Source: an uncultured bacterium
Lineage (GTDB): Bacteria; SAR324; NAC60-12
Reading direction: 5' to 3'
NCBI GenBank assembly: GCA_964010765.1
Contig: CAXGMD010000001.1
Location: forward strand, 57,823 to 121,822
Length of the DNA stretch: 64,000 nucleotides
A program made the translations under genes and the position numbers. The first letter of the stretch is position 1. Each line of letters begins with the position of its first letter. The notes beneath the pieces are model-generated. The model saw only the letters and a list, made by a program, of their open reading frames with translations, was not told the origin of the DNA and made no database searches. Shown here piece after piece: positions 19,939 to 31,399 of this stretch.

Positions 19939-21228
19939 CTACGATTGAGTGGCGAGTTTACCAGATGGAACAGCTCTTGTTCCCTTTTCACCGCCGCCAC
20001 TGCCATAATCGTATCCCGTCGACTGAACGAATTCCGGGTAGGCAGCAAGACCAAATTCTGGGATGTCCATTCCAGAAAATTCTTCTTCTTCAGATACTCT
20101 TAAGCCCATAATCAATTTCAGAGCAAACCAGACGACAAAGCTCGTTCCAAAAACAAAAGCTCCTACGCAAAGAATCCCCATAATCTGAGCTCCCAACGAT
20201 GCATCTGGCTTGAAGATCCCGACAGCCAGAGTTCCCCAAATTCCATTCACCAAGTGAACTGACAGTGCTCCAACTGGGTCATCAATTTTGAGCTTGTCAA
20301 ACATTGGTACAGCGTACACGACCAATGCTCCACCGATACCTCCAATCAACATTGCAAGGCCCATTGATGGATAATCAGGCCCAGCAGTAATCGCGACCAA
20401 ACCTGAGAGTGCCCCATTCAAGACCATCGTCAGGTCTACTTTTTTATAAAGCAATTGTGTCAGAATCATAGCCACCACCGCTCCAGCACATGCGGCAATG
20501 TTCGTGTTAGCAAAAACAGCTGATATGGCGTCAGCGTCACCCTTAGAGCCCAGCGCTAATTGAGACCCGCCATTGAATCCAAACCAACCCAACCAAAGGA
20601 TGAAGGTGCCTAGCGTAGCCAGCGGAAGATTTGCTCCTGGAATAGCGTTCACCTTGCCATCAGGACCATATTTGCCTTTTCGGGCACCAAGTAGAATTGC
20701 TCCTGCCAAAGCTGCCCAACCCCCAACGGAATGGACGATGGTTGATCCCGCAAAGTCGCTGAAACCGTCCATCAAGCCACCTAAGGCTGTTCCACCCCAA
20801 CTCCAGTGCCCCTGAATTGGGTAGATGAATGCCGTCAGAACTAGTGTGAAAGCTAGAAACGGCCAAAAGCGGATTCGCTCAGCTAGTGTTCCTGAAACAA
20901 TTGAAGCCGCTGTTGCTACAAAAACCACTTGGAAGAAGAAATCGGAGAGTAGACTGTGACTCTCTGATGAAGTTCCCGACAGAGCGAAGCCTGAACCCAT
21001 CACTGCGTTACCTTCGCCATACATCAAGTTGTATCCAACCAGGTAGAATGCGATACAAGCGACCGAGTATAACGTAATATTCTTTGTCAATATAGCTGTC
21101 GTATTTTTGCTGCGTACTAGGCCTGCCTCCAGCATTGCGAATCCAGCTGCCATCCACATCACAAAAGCTCCACTGATTAGCAGCCAAATCGTATCCAGGA
21201 CATATTTCATCTCTGCTTGAAACTCCAT
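19939..21228 (-). CDS. amtB: Ammonium transporter
   Basis: GFAMLEAG, DFAGSTIVH, GWFGFNGGS, IDDPVGALSVH (twin-His intact). Confidence 0.97.
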   Translation of the reverse strand: MEFQAEMKYVLDTIWLLISGAFVMWMAAGFAMLEAGLVRSKNTTAILTKNITLYSVACIAFYLVGYNLMYGEGNAVMGSGFALSGTSSESHSLLSDFFFQVVFVATAASIVSGTLAERIRFWPFLAFTLVLTAFIYPIQGHWSWGGTALGGLMDGFSDFAGSTIVHSVGGWAALAGAILLGARKGKYGPDGKVNAIPGANLPLATLGTFILWLGWFGFNGGSQLALGSKGDADAISAVFANTNIAACAGAVVAMILTQLLYKKVDLTMVLNGALSGLVAITAGPDYPSMGLAMLIGGIGGALVVYAVPMFDKLKIDDPVGALSVHLVNGIWGTLAVGIFKPDASLGAQIMGILCVGAFVFGTSFVVWFALKLIMGLRVSEEEEFSGMDIPEFGLAAYPEFVQSTGYDYGSGGGEKGTRAVPSGKLATQS

Positions 21229-21308
21229 AACCGCTCCCCTTTCAAGAAATAAGCGTCTTCAAAGAAACGTACTAATAGAGCTCATTCATTTGAGCACAAA
21301 ATATTAGC

Positions 21309-21325
21309 AGCAGAGGAAATGCCAA
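21309..21325 (-). promoter_or_regulatory. sigma54 promoter of amtB
   Basis: Minus strand TTGGCATTTCCTCTGCT, GG-N10-GC. Confidence 0.7.
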
Positions 21326-21419
21326 GAAATAATTATTGGTTACATTTATGATATTATTAATTAAATTGATTATCTTAACATGAAGGGCTTGAGGAGGGAG
21401 AGCACAAGCAAAAAGCTTA

Positions 21420-21436
21420 TGCTGAAAAATTAGGCA
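21420..21436. promoter_or_regulatory. NtrC-type enhancer box upstream of amtB
   Basis: TGCTGAAAAATTAGGCA (TGC-N11-GCA); near-identical box upstream of glnA. Confidence 0.65.
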
Positions 21437-21472
21437 GAATAGAAGTGGCGGTAAAGAGTTAGATTCTAATTT

Positions 21473-22426
21473 TCAGGCAGTTCGTTCAAGCCAACTGACA
21501 AGGCCTTGGGCATTCAGTTCCCAATCAAGAGCGAGAAGTTGATGTGCTTGGTGCTCGTCCAGTGGACAACTGCGTTTTTGGGCTTCTTTCCAGATCAGTT
21601 CCCAAAGGTCTATTTTTATTTGCTCAAGTTTTACTGTTTTTTCAAGTTTTGCTGCTCTCTGGCCGATCTCAACATGGGCATCAACCATGCTCAATAGGTC
21701 TTCAGCAAGGCTTTCACTATAATCCAGCCTGCTAAAGTGAGTCAAATAAACTGCTTCTGGCTGGAAATTAGCGATACGCTGGATCGTTGCTTTCATTTCA
21801 TCAGGATCGAACTGTACCGGAGAAGTCGTTGGTAAAATGAAAACCTGATTGTTGTGGTCAAATTCTCGATAGCTTAACCCAAAACTATCCCCTGTAAAGA
21901 TCGAGCGAGTCAAATGATCAATAATGCAGAAATGGTGGCGGGCATGACCTGGTGTGTCCCAAAATTCCAAAATTCGCCCATCAAAATCTAGCTGAAATCC
22001 ATCTTCTGCAACGATCACTCGATCTTTGGAAACTGGGAGGATTTCCCCATAAGTTTTGGACATTTCTTCTGGTCCATAAACTGCCGTAGCTCCAGCAATC
22101 AGTTTGGATGGATCAATCATGTGTCTTGATCCTCGCGGATGAACAACCAACTTTGCGTTGGGAAGTTGGTTCATCAATACACCCACACCTCCCGCATGGT
22201 CTAAGTGAACATGTGTGACTATGACGTACTCTACATCTTCTTTGCTTAGGCTATGCTCAGAGAGTCCTTTTAGTAAGTTAGGAATCAAAGGGGAAGCACC
22301 TACATCAACGAAAGCAGCTTTACCATTTTGTAGGATCAAATGACTGGAAACCATGAGCGGACGCATCATTTGTGTGTCCAGGGCAATAATTCCCTCGTTT
22401 TGAAAATTTCGGTAGGTAATCTTCAT
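21473..22426 (-). CDS. MBL-fold metallo-hydrolase
   Basis: THVHLDHAGG, TPGHARHH, FTGDSFG. Confidence 0.92.
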   Translation of the reverse strand: MKITYRNFQNEGIIALDTQMMRPLMVSSHLILQNGKAAFVDVGASPLIPNLLKGLSEHSLSKEDVEYVIVTHVHLDHAGGVGVLMNQLPNAKLVVHPRGSRHMIDPSKLIAGATAVYGPEEMSKTYGEILPVSKDRVIVAEDGFQLDFDGRILEFWDTPGHARHHFCIIDHLTRSIFTGDSFGLSYREFDHNNQVFILPTTSPVQFDPDEMKATIQRIANFQPEAVYLTHFSRLDYSESLAEDLLSMVDAHVEIGQRAAKLEKTVKLEQIKIDLWELIWKEAQKRSCPLDEHQAHQLLALDWELNAQGLVSWLERTA

Positions 22427-22449
22427 TTGTGTTGCTGGTGAGCTATAAT

Positions 22450-23769
<1,320 letters not shown>

Positions 23770-23781
23770 CTAAGTTGATAG

Positions 23782-24585
23782 TCACGGTTTTGATAGTTCA
23801 ACAGCTCGCAAAAAAGCCTGATGAATTCCCTGTTGAATTCCTGAGCCGATCTTCAAGTCATTGAACTTTTCAATTGCAGCTGCTGTGGTTCCACCAAGCG
23901 ATGTTACTCGTTGCCGGAGCGTTCCAGGAGATTCGCCACTGTTTAGCCATAGTTGCGCAGAGCCAAAGATCGTTTGTTGGACGAGTTGAGTGGCTTCTGA
24001 TTCGGAAAATCCCAATTTCATAGCTTCTATGACCATTTGCTCTCCGAGATAAAACAGGTAGGCGGGACCACTACCTGAAATGGCGGTGGCAGCATCAATC
24101 ATGATCTCGCTCCGTACTTCGAAACACTTGCCACAAGAATCTAGTAGCTGCTTGACAAGCTCTTTCTCAGTCCAATTGACTTCTTTAGCAGCATGAAAGA
24201 CTGACATACCCTGTGCTAGCTGTGCAGGAGTGTTGGGCATGATTCTGACCACCTTAGTGTGATCACTTAGCCGTTGAATCGACTCTATGGAGGTCCCAGC
24301 GAGAATTGAAAGAAGGAGTTGATGTGAGTGAAGATGATCACGAAGATTGGTGAGAACCTCCCTTGAGATCTGAGGCTTGATAGCCAACAGGATTAAATCA
24401 AAGTTTTCAGATAGATCATCAAACTGATTGGATGTAGCGCAGGAGAGTTGATTTCCAAGATATTCACGCTTTTCTTGATCGGGTTCGATCAATAGTAGAT
24501 TTTTAGGGAGCACTAGTTCTGCCTGAATGACCGCAGTCGCGATCGCACCCCCCATGTTGCCAGTTCCAATAACCGCTAATTTCAT
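23782..24585 (-). CDS. proC: Pyrroline-5-carboxylate reductase
   Basis: IGTGNMG, RIMPNTP, SGSGPAY, VTSLGGTT; ATG (MKLAV) at 24585 preferred. Confidence 0.95.
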   Translation of the reverse strand: MKLAVIGTGNMGGAIATAVIQAELVLPKNLLLIEPDQEKREYLGNQLSCATSNQFDDLSENFDLILLAIKPQISREVLTNLRDHLHSHQLLLSILAGTSIESIQRLSDHTKVVRIMPNTPAQLAQGMSVFHAAKEVNWTEKELVKQLLDSCGKCFEVRSEIMIDAATAISGSGPAYLFYLGEQMVIEAMKLGFSESEATQLVQQTIFGSAQLWLNSGESPGTLRQRVTSLGGTTAAAIEKFNDLKIGSGIQQGIHQAFLRAVELSKP

Positions 24586-24625
24586 ACTTGTCTCGCACTG
24601 CAAATGTACTCAGCAAACCTGCAAA

Positions 24626-24647
24626 ATTATGTGTGGACCCACATAAT
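24626..24647 (-). terminator. Hairpin between RSH gene and proC
   Basis: ATTATGTG-tggacc-CACATAAT, short T-run on minus strand. Confidence 0.4.
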
Positions 24648-24754
24648 AGTCCAGTGAAAAGCCTAGTATTTTTTGTCTGATGTAGTCGAACGGAAAAACT
24701 GATTAGTAGCTTGAATTCGGAAGATATGAGTTGGGAATGAACTGATAAACTAGA

Positions 24755-26626
24755 TTAAGCAAACTCAATCCAGTTGACGGCAAGCAGTTGATCATTTTCA
24801 AGATGACTAGCTGATTCACAATTTTTTCTGTGAATCTTGATCATTCGGTTTCTCGAAATATACCCAATAATTTCATCGCCTGGAACTGGTTTGCAGCAAC
24901 CTGCTAAAAAAGTAGCTGCTTCCTCTAATCCCTCGACACCAACATGAAATTTCCCAGGAATAAAATGTTTCTGGATGCTTGAAAGCGTTTTCTCGTTCTT
25001 GGGTTGAATTATTGGTAAAGCGGCAGGCTCATTAGGTGCGTCCACAAACCACTGCAGTATTTCCTGTGAGCGCAGAGAGCCTTGCCCGATGCAATTTAGA
25101 ACGTGCTCAAAGGATTGAGATTTGCGCTGCTGACATTCATTTTCTAATCGGTTTTCCCGCACCATCCGATTCAAATTTAACCCTGCCTGCCGAAAATCTT
25201 TTTCTAAAACACTCCACGCTTCACGACGGAATTCTTCACGTTTCTGAAGGTTGATAAATTGCCGAATTTTGTTGCGAGCTTTGTGGGTTTTTACGAAATT
25301 CAGCCATTCCTTGGTCGGATTTTGGCGAGAAGAGGTCAGAATCTCAACACAGTCCCCATTTTCAAGTTGGGTATCAATTTTACTGATGTTGTTGTTGATT
25401 TTTACTCCCGAGATCTGGTTCCCAATATCCGTGTGGATGTGGTAAGCAAAATCAACAGGTGAAGCACCTTTGGGTAGTTCAAGAATATCTCCTTGAGGAG
25501 TCATCGGATAAACGCATTGAAGAGTCTGGTCAAGCTTCTTGAATGACCTATTTAGATCAGCTTTAACCGCAGAACAACGATGGGTTTCTTTATACAGCCA
25601 GTGGGCAGCAATCCCAAATTCTGCAACAGCATGCATTTCATGCGTGCGGATTTGGATCTCCACGTCATCTCCACCTAGTGTCGTTACTGTGGTGTGCAGG
25701 GATTGATAGCCATTGGGCTTCGGTTGTGTGATGTAGTCTTTGAAGCGATCTTCGTTATGAGGCCATTGCTCGTGAATATAGCTCAGTGCGGCATAGCAAT
25801 CAGCAACGTCGTCAAGCAAGATGCGAAGTGCTATCAAATCTTGGATTCGCTCAAATTGTTGATCAACTTTTTGAAGTTTCTCATGGATCGAATAGAAGCG
25901 CTTATAGCGCCCATAAACTTGATGACTTAGGCCTGCTTTGCGTAAAGTCTGGCGAATTTGGCGAGACATGGACTCTACCAGTGCCGATCTTTCATTTCTT
26001 TTTTTCGCAACCAGCTTCTTCAATTGATAGTACTGATCAGGCTCCAGTATCTGAAAAGCGTGGTCCTCTAATTCTGCTTTAATCCAGAAAGTTCCCAGTC
26101 TGTTGGCGAGGGGCGCATAAACGTGGAGAGATTGTTTTGCAACTAAATCAAGATGAGATTCTGGCAAGTCCTCAAATTGCTGGATTCGGTGCAGGCGAAT
26201 TAGTAACAAAGCCATCATCAACGAGAAATTGCCGCACATCGCGTAAATGAGATCTCTGGCTCGAATCAGATGTTTTTCTGTCTCCATCTTGAAAGATAGA
26301 CCATCTATCTGGCGGAGTCTTAAAAATATTTCGTAAGCATTCGGATGACAGAGTTGCTGAGTCATTCGGTCAGGCAAATCTGTGTAGGAGGGATAGAGGT
26401 ATAGAAGCAACCCAGCCTGAAGTTCATCACTTGTTTGACAAACTTGTGAGAGGCGATTCATCAGATTGTTCAAATGATTTAACCGATCTGATCCCAATTG
26501 TTCCGAAGTCAAGAGAAACCCCAGTTCTGACAAGGCAACAGGCTCAGCAAACGGCCTGGTCTCCCAGAAATTACTTGGGTTGAGAACCTCAGAATATTTG
26601 GTTTGGATTAAGTTCGGTTCAATCAT
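24755..26626 (-). CDS. Long RelA/SpoT homologue: degenerate HD, intact synthetase, TGS, Zn-finger, no ACT domain
   Basis: YAPLANRLG, GRYKRFYSI, RFKDYI..PKPNGYQSLHT, EIQIRT, DFAYHIHT, CCKPVPGD; HD motif replaced by LLLYLY. Confidence 0.92.
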   Translation of the reverse strand: MIEPNLIQTKYSEVLNPSNFWETRPFAEPVALSELGFLLTSEQLGSDRLNHLNNLMNRLSQVCQTSDELQAGLLLYLYPSYTDLPDRMTQQLCHPNAYEIFLRLRQIDGLSFKMETEKHLIRARDLIYAMCGNFSLMMALLLIRLHRIQQFEDLPESHLDLVAKQSLHVYAPLANRLGTFWIKAELEDHAFQILEPDQYYQLKKLVAKKRNERSALVESMSRQIRQTLRKAGLSHQVYGRYKRFYSIHEKLQKVDQQFERIQDLIALRILLDDVADCYAALSYIHEQWPHNEDRFKDYITQPKPNGYQSLHTTVTTLGGDDVEIQIRTHEMHAVAEFGIAAHWLYKETHRCSAVKADLNRSFKKLDQTLQCVYPMTPQGDILELPKGASPVDFAYHIHTDIGNQISGVKINNNISKIDTQLENGDCVEILTSSRQNPTKEWLNFVKTHKARNKIRQFINLQKREEFRREAWSVLEKDFRQAGLNLNRMVRENRLENECQQRKSQSFEHVLNCIGQGSLRSQEILQWFVDAPNEPAALPIIQPKNEKTLSSIQKHFIPGKFHVGVEGLEEAATFLAGCCKPVPGDEIIGYISRNRMIKIHRKNCESASHLENDQLLAVNWIEFA

Positions 26627-27228
26627 TCTTCCGAAGATGGAAACAAATCTTTGAAAAAAGCAAAAAGTTTTACGTCCACATGTGAGGTCCTCATCTCCTC
26701 CTTTTTCATTAGATTGGAAATTTCAGAAGGATCCACGACATAGACATCTAAAAATTCGCCCGGCTCTGAGTGTGGTTGGGGAGATTTGTTAGTGGATAAG
26801 TTTTCATCAACATCGACGAACACGAAACGACAAGCCTCGCCAAGCATACCAGGAGATGAATACATAGGCTCTGTTACCCTTCTGACAACACCCTGATAGC
26901 CGGTCTCTTCACTCAATTCCCGAAGGGCGGCTCCTGCAGGAGTCTCGCCAGAATCGACTAAACCTGCCGGAAACTCTAAAACATACCCTCCGGTTGGGGG
27001 GCGAAATTGACGAACTAGGATGTATTTTCCACTTGGCCGAAGCTGCGCAACGATGATCGCAGCTTCGTTCCGAGATCTTCGATAAACTGCCTCCCAACTG
27101 CGACGATGACCGGCTTCATCCTCGTAGTCGATCTCTGTAAATTCCAACCAATTAGTAAGGTGCTTCGACTCTTCGTGGAGAATTTTACTGCGGTGGAGTG
27201 GCGACATTACCTTCCTGGCTGGTGACAT
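26623..27228 (-). CDS. Nudix hydrolase (ADP-ribose pyrophosphatase-like)
   Basis: Nudix box GLVDSGETPAGAALRELSEETGY; QFRPP; SSPG; ATGA overlap with RSH start. Confidence 0.92.
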   Translation of the reverse strand: MSPARKVMSPLHRSKILHEESKHLTNWLEFTEIDYEDEAGHRRSWEAVYRRSRNEAAIIVAQLRPSGKYILVRQFRPPTGGYVLEFPAGLVDSGETPAGAALRELSEETGYQGVVRRVTEPMYSSPGMLGEACRFVFVDVDENLSTNKSPQPHSEPGEFLDVYVVDPSEISNLMKKEEMRTSHVDVKLFAFFKDLFPSSEE

Positions 27229-27514
27229 CCATTGTAAGAATTTTGGAAAACAATAATATTTTTATCATCTAAGTCAATGCGACTCCAGATTTTTCGATAA
27301 GATTTGGAAACTTTTTAAACAAATACAATTCAACAAAATTTACCAGGAGTGCTTAATTCTTGATCATTCCTATCAATTTCTAGTCTCCATAAAGCAATCA
27401 TCCAATCAACATCTGAAAAAAATCCTGCTCAATAAAGAAGACTCCGGTGTCTCCTTTGCAGTGGAGGGTTTGAAACAGTTTTCAACAGGAGTTTAAATTC
27501 TTCAGGGATGAAGC

Positions 27515-28828
27515 ATGGGATATGACGAATTTGAAATGAAATCTAACGAGAAATTTATTGTGCAGGGAGGGAACTCCCTTCGCGGTGAAATCACACCTTC
27601 GGGAAATAAAAACGAAGCCCTTCCAGTACTGGCAGCAGTTTTACTGACAGAGGAGCCTGTCATTCTGCACAACGTACCAGACATTGCCGACATTCGATCA
27701 ATGATGGATCTGCTTGAGAGCTTGGGGGTCATCATTGAAGAAATTGGTCCTCATTCGTTGCGTTTTGAGTCTCGTCAACTAACTCATTGTGATCCTGATA
27801 CTGCTGCAGCCCGTGAAATCCGAGGATCATTCCTTTTAGCTGGACCGATGCTCGCCCGTTACGGTTGTATCCGCCTCCCTGCACCTGGTGGTGACCGGAT
27901 TGGAATGCGCCCAGTGCAAACCCATCTTCTTGCTCTACGACAATTAGGAGCGCAGATTGAGCTGGATTCAGAGGGTCAGTATGTGATGCAAACAGATCGA
28001 CTCTGTGGAACCTCAATTTACCTAGATGAAGCCAGTGTAATGGCTACAGAGAACGCGATCATGGCTGCTGTGATGGCCTGGGGTAGAACAACGATCTACA
28101 ATGCGGCATGCGAACCCCACGTTCAGGGTTTGTGCAGATGCCTGTTGAAGATGGGCGCACACATTACAGGCATTGGTAGTAATTTATTGACCATAGATGG
28201 GTGTGTTCGCTTGCATGGTGCTGAATATACTATCCAGCCTGACCACACTGAAGTTGGCTCATTCATCGGTCTGGCTGCTGTCACAGGCAGTGAACTAAAG
28301 ATCAGAAATGCGGGCGTTGATCAGTTGAAAATGATCAGGATGATGTTTGAAAGACTGGGGGTGGCTACAGATAGTGAAGGTGATGACTTAATGATTCCAG
28401 CAGAACAGTCTTTGAGAATCAATCAGGAATCCCCCGGGATTCCCAAGATTGATGATGCCCCGTGGCCAGGATTTCCCGCAGACCTGACAAGCATCATGAC
28501 GGTGGTGGCTACGCAATGTAAAGGAACGGTTCTAATTTTCGAAAAGATGTTTGAAAGCAGACTCTTCTGGGTAGACAAGTTGATCTCAATGGGAGCTCAA
28601 ATCCTCCTCTGTGATCCTCATCGCGCTGTTGTTTCAGGACCGTCCAAACTGCAAGGAATGCCTGTCTCATCTCCAGATATTCGAGCTGGAATGGCGCTCT
28701 TGATTGCCGCACTTTGTGCTAAAGGTGAGAGCATCATCCAAAATGTTCATCAAATTGATCGGGGCTACGAGAGAATTGACGAACGCTTACATAGACTTGG
28801 AGCAGATATTCAGAGAGTGGATTATTAA
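27515..28828 (+). CDS. murA: UDP-N-acetylglucosamine 1-carboxyvinyltransferase (Asp variant)
   Basis: [45 protein letters not shown]; start may be ATG at 27536. Confidence 0.97.
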   Translation: MGYDEFEMKSNEKFIVQGGNSLRGEITPSGNKNEALPVLAAVLLTEEPVILHNVPDIADIRSMMDLLESLGVIIEEIGPHSLRFESRQLTHCDPDTAAAREIRGSFLLAGPMLARYGCIRLPAPGGDRIGMRPVQTHLLALRQLGAQIELDSEGQYVMQTDRLCGTSIYLDEASVMATENAIMAAVMAWGRTTIYNAACEPHVQGLCRCLLKMGAHITGIGSNLLTIDGCVRLHGAEYTIQPDHTEVGSFIGLAAVTGSELKIRNAGVDQLKMIRMMFERLGVATDSEGDDLMIPAEQSLRINQESPGIPKIDDAPWPGFPADLTSIMTVVATQCKGTVLIFEKMFESRLFWVDKLISMGAQILLCDPHRAVVSGPSKLQGMPVSSPDIRAGMALLIAALCAKGESIIQNVHQIDRGYERIDERLHRLGADIQRVDY

Positions 28829-28841
28829 AGGAGTGAATAAC

Positions 28842-29879
28842 TCATCTGTTGGAAAAAAGAGGAAGTTGATCTTCTGATCGAATGTTTATACCAAGATGCT
28901 CATAGGCTTGTCGGGTTACCATCCTGCCACGGGGTGTTCTTTGAAGAAATCCCTGCATCAGTAGGAAAGGTTCATACACTTCCTCAAGGGTGTCTTGTTC
29001 TTCAGAAACTGCAGCAGAGAGCGTGTTCAAACCAACTGGGCCACCATCATATTTTTCGATGATAGTGCGCAGAATGTGACAGTCCATTTGGTCCAACCCA
29101 AGCTCATCAATTCCCATCCTTGCCAAGCTCTTCTGGACCAGCGGCAGGGTGATCACTCCTCCTGTTTCTAAGTCCGCAAAATCCCGACATCGTCGTAACA
29201 TCCGGTTTGCTATCCTTGGAGTACCTCGAGATCTGGTGGCCAGTTCCATCGCAGCTTCTTCTACGATTTCAATCTCAAGCAAAGCCGCAGCTCTGATGAC
29301 GATCAGCTTCAGTTCTTCAGGAGTGTAGTATTCAAGCCGACATTGAATGCCAAATCGATCTCTCAGGGGTGCACTTAATAATCCAGCACGTGTAGTTGCT
29401 CCAACGAGGGTGAATCTTGGTAGGTCTAATTTTACTGTTCTAGCTGCAGGACCCTCTCCAATGAGGATGTCCAAAGTAAAATCTTCCATTGCTGAATAAA
29501 GTACTTCCTCGACAACTCGATTCATTCGATGGATTTCATCAAGAAATAGAACAGATCCTGGTTCCAAGTTGGTCAAAATCGCTGCTAGATCCCCCTGTCT
29601 TTCTACTACTGGACCTGAGGAAGACCTTAACGGAACTGCCAACTCATTCGCAAAAATATTGGCCAGCGTAGTTTTGCCTAGTCCTGGAGGGCCGCTCAAA
29701 AGCACATGATCTAGTGCCTGACCTCGCTTGCGAGCAGCACGAATGAAAACCCGCAGATTTTCTTTTACTGTGGATTGACCAATATATTCACTGAGGCGGG
29801 TTGGCCGTAGGGATAAGTCCTGTGACTCACCATCCTGAATTTCTGGGGCAACAAGGCGGTCTGGATTTTCGCTATTCAA
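28842..29879 (-). CDS. ruvB: Holliday junction helicase RuvB
   Basis: [42 protein letters not shown]. Confidence 0.98.
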   Translation of the reverse strand: MNSENPDRLVAPEIQDGESQDLSLRPTRLSEYIGQSTVKENLRVFIRAARKRGQALDHVLLSGPPGLGKTTLANIFANELAVPLRSSSGPVVERQGDLAAILTNLEPGSVLFLDEIHRMNRVVEEVLYSAMEDFTLDILIGEGPAARTVKLDLPRFTLVGATTRAGLLSAPLRDRFGIQCRLEYYTPEELKLIVIRAAALLEIEIVEEAAMELATRSRGTPRIANRMLRRCRDFADLETGGVITLPLVQKSLARMGIDELGLDQMDCHILRTIIEKYDGGPVGLNTLSAAVSEEQDTLEEVYEPFLLMQGFLQRTPRGRMVTRQAYEHLGINIRSEDQLPLFSNR

Positions 29880-29891
29880 AACTGAAAACCG

Positions 29892-31382
29892 TTAGTTGTG
29901 GACGGTATTACGCGATTCCTGTTTGCTAACCTCTTGAGAATTTTTTCCGATAAGAATCGGAGAGATAGCATAACCAAGCATGTAGATGAAGGCAACGTAA
30001 CCGAAGAAATCTGTGAATGCAAACACAACTAAAATTAGTGTAGTTGCTCTCCCCATCCAAGGATTTTGATTGAAATAGCGACCAGCGTGGATGTATCGGA
30101 TCTTGTAGATATTCATCAGTAGTGCACAAAATATCATCATTCCTGAGCAGAGATATACCCAAATCAATAAACTGGATGATTCACTCAATCGAGCTTGTTC
30201 AACCATAATGAACGGAGCCGTTACAAGCAGAGCTGCTCCAGGAGTTGGTATGCCTTTAAAAAAGCCGGGAGTCGGGTTGGTGTCCAGAGTAAAGGCGATC
30301 AATCTGGTAATTCCAGCAACAGCATAAATTATTGCGATCAGTCCATAGGGGAGCATCTGCATTCCAGGATGATCAATCCGATCCATTAGAATATAGAAAA
30401 TGATTGCAGGGGCTAAGCAAAAGCTCACTCCATCAGAGATGTCATCCAGAATCCCACCAGTTGTGATGTTTCTTCTCTTTTGCGGATCTGGAGGTTGAAT
30501 CAGTCCGAGTTTTCGGGCTAGAGCTCCGTCCAACTTATCAAAGAAAGCGGCTCCCACCAGAATGATATAAGCTTGATGCATTTCCTGTTGCTGCGCAAAC
30601 CAGATAGCCAGCAGTCCCATCAGAGCATTCATTATGGTCAGAGAGTTCGGTAGCGTAGCAAGAATTTTCCGACGTAGCTTCACATCCCCTAGACAAAGGT
30701 CATCTAAGCAAAATGTGCCATACTTACGGCAGTAGCTTGCAATCGATCCAAAGTTGATAATCAGAAAGAACACTTCCAAAACCATCATTGTCTGCAGTGA
30801 AAGTCCTCCAATTTGATTCAACCAATTTGGTAAAACTTCGGCAGCTTCGGGAATGTAGAAAGCGTACCCATACAGAAAAGCTCCCACTGGTGTTGCCGCC
30901 ATAGTACGTAGTCGACTTAGTTCACGCATTCCAGGTGCTTCCCCATGTGTCTGTGCGAATCCCAACATAAAATGGGCAAAATGGTCTCGCATAAGGACAA
31001 TGATGGCGAGCAACAGCACAAACATAGCGTGGAAAAGTTCCAAGTGTTGATTTGGACTAGATTCGGGCAGATGGTGAAAGCGCCACATCATGCCAAAAGC
31101 AACGAGGGGAAAAATAAGCGAATAGACTAGCTTGTCCATTAATCGCTCTGCTAACTCGGCAAGCTTGTGATGTGGCTGAAATCGAGCTGCAAACCAGCCA
31201 TCGATAAGATCAAAGACCATAGCTATAACTAGACAAGCCATCCCCAAAAAATAAAGAGATGGATTGCGCAAGATCATGGTCAGAATCGCACAGATCAAGC
31301 CTGCAAGTGCTAAGGGGGCTCGCCCATAGACCAGCAAAGTCGTAATGCGACTTGGGATTGGGCTGGAAGTTGAGGAATTCAT
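29892..31382 (-). CDS. Tandem CDP-alcohol phosphatidyltransferase (PgsA-like + PssA-like halves)
   Basis: DLIDGWFAAR...ERLMD and DKLDGALAR...GGILDDISD; FFKGIPTP. Confidence 0.85.
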   Translation of the reverse strand: MNSSTSSPIPSRITTLLVYGRAPLALAGLICAILTMILRNPSLYFLGMACLVIAMVFDLIDGWFAARFQPHHKLAELAERLMDKLVYSLIFPLVAFGMMWRFHHLPESSPNQHLELFHAMFVLLLAIIVLMRDHFAHFMLGFAQTHGEAPGMRELSRLRTMAATPVGAFLYGYAFYIPEAAEVLPNWLNQIGGLSLQTMMVLEVFFLIINFGSIASYCRKYGTFCLDDLCLGDVKLRRKILATLPNSLTIMNALMGLLAIWFAQQQEMHQAYIILVGAAFFDKLDGALARKLGLIQPPDPQKRRNITTGGILDDISDGVSFCLAPAIIFYILMDRIDHPGMQMLPYGLIAIIYAVAGITRLIAFTLDTNPTPGFFKGIPTPGAALLVTAPFIMVEQARLSESSSLLIWVYLCSGMMIFCALLMNIYKIRYIHAGRYFNQNPWMGRATTLILVVFAFTDFFGYVAFIYMLGYAISPILIGKNSQEVSKQESRNTVHN

Positions 31383-31399
31383 TTGTCTACTGGATAAAG

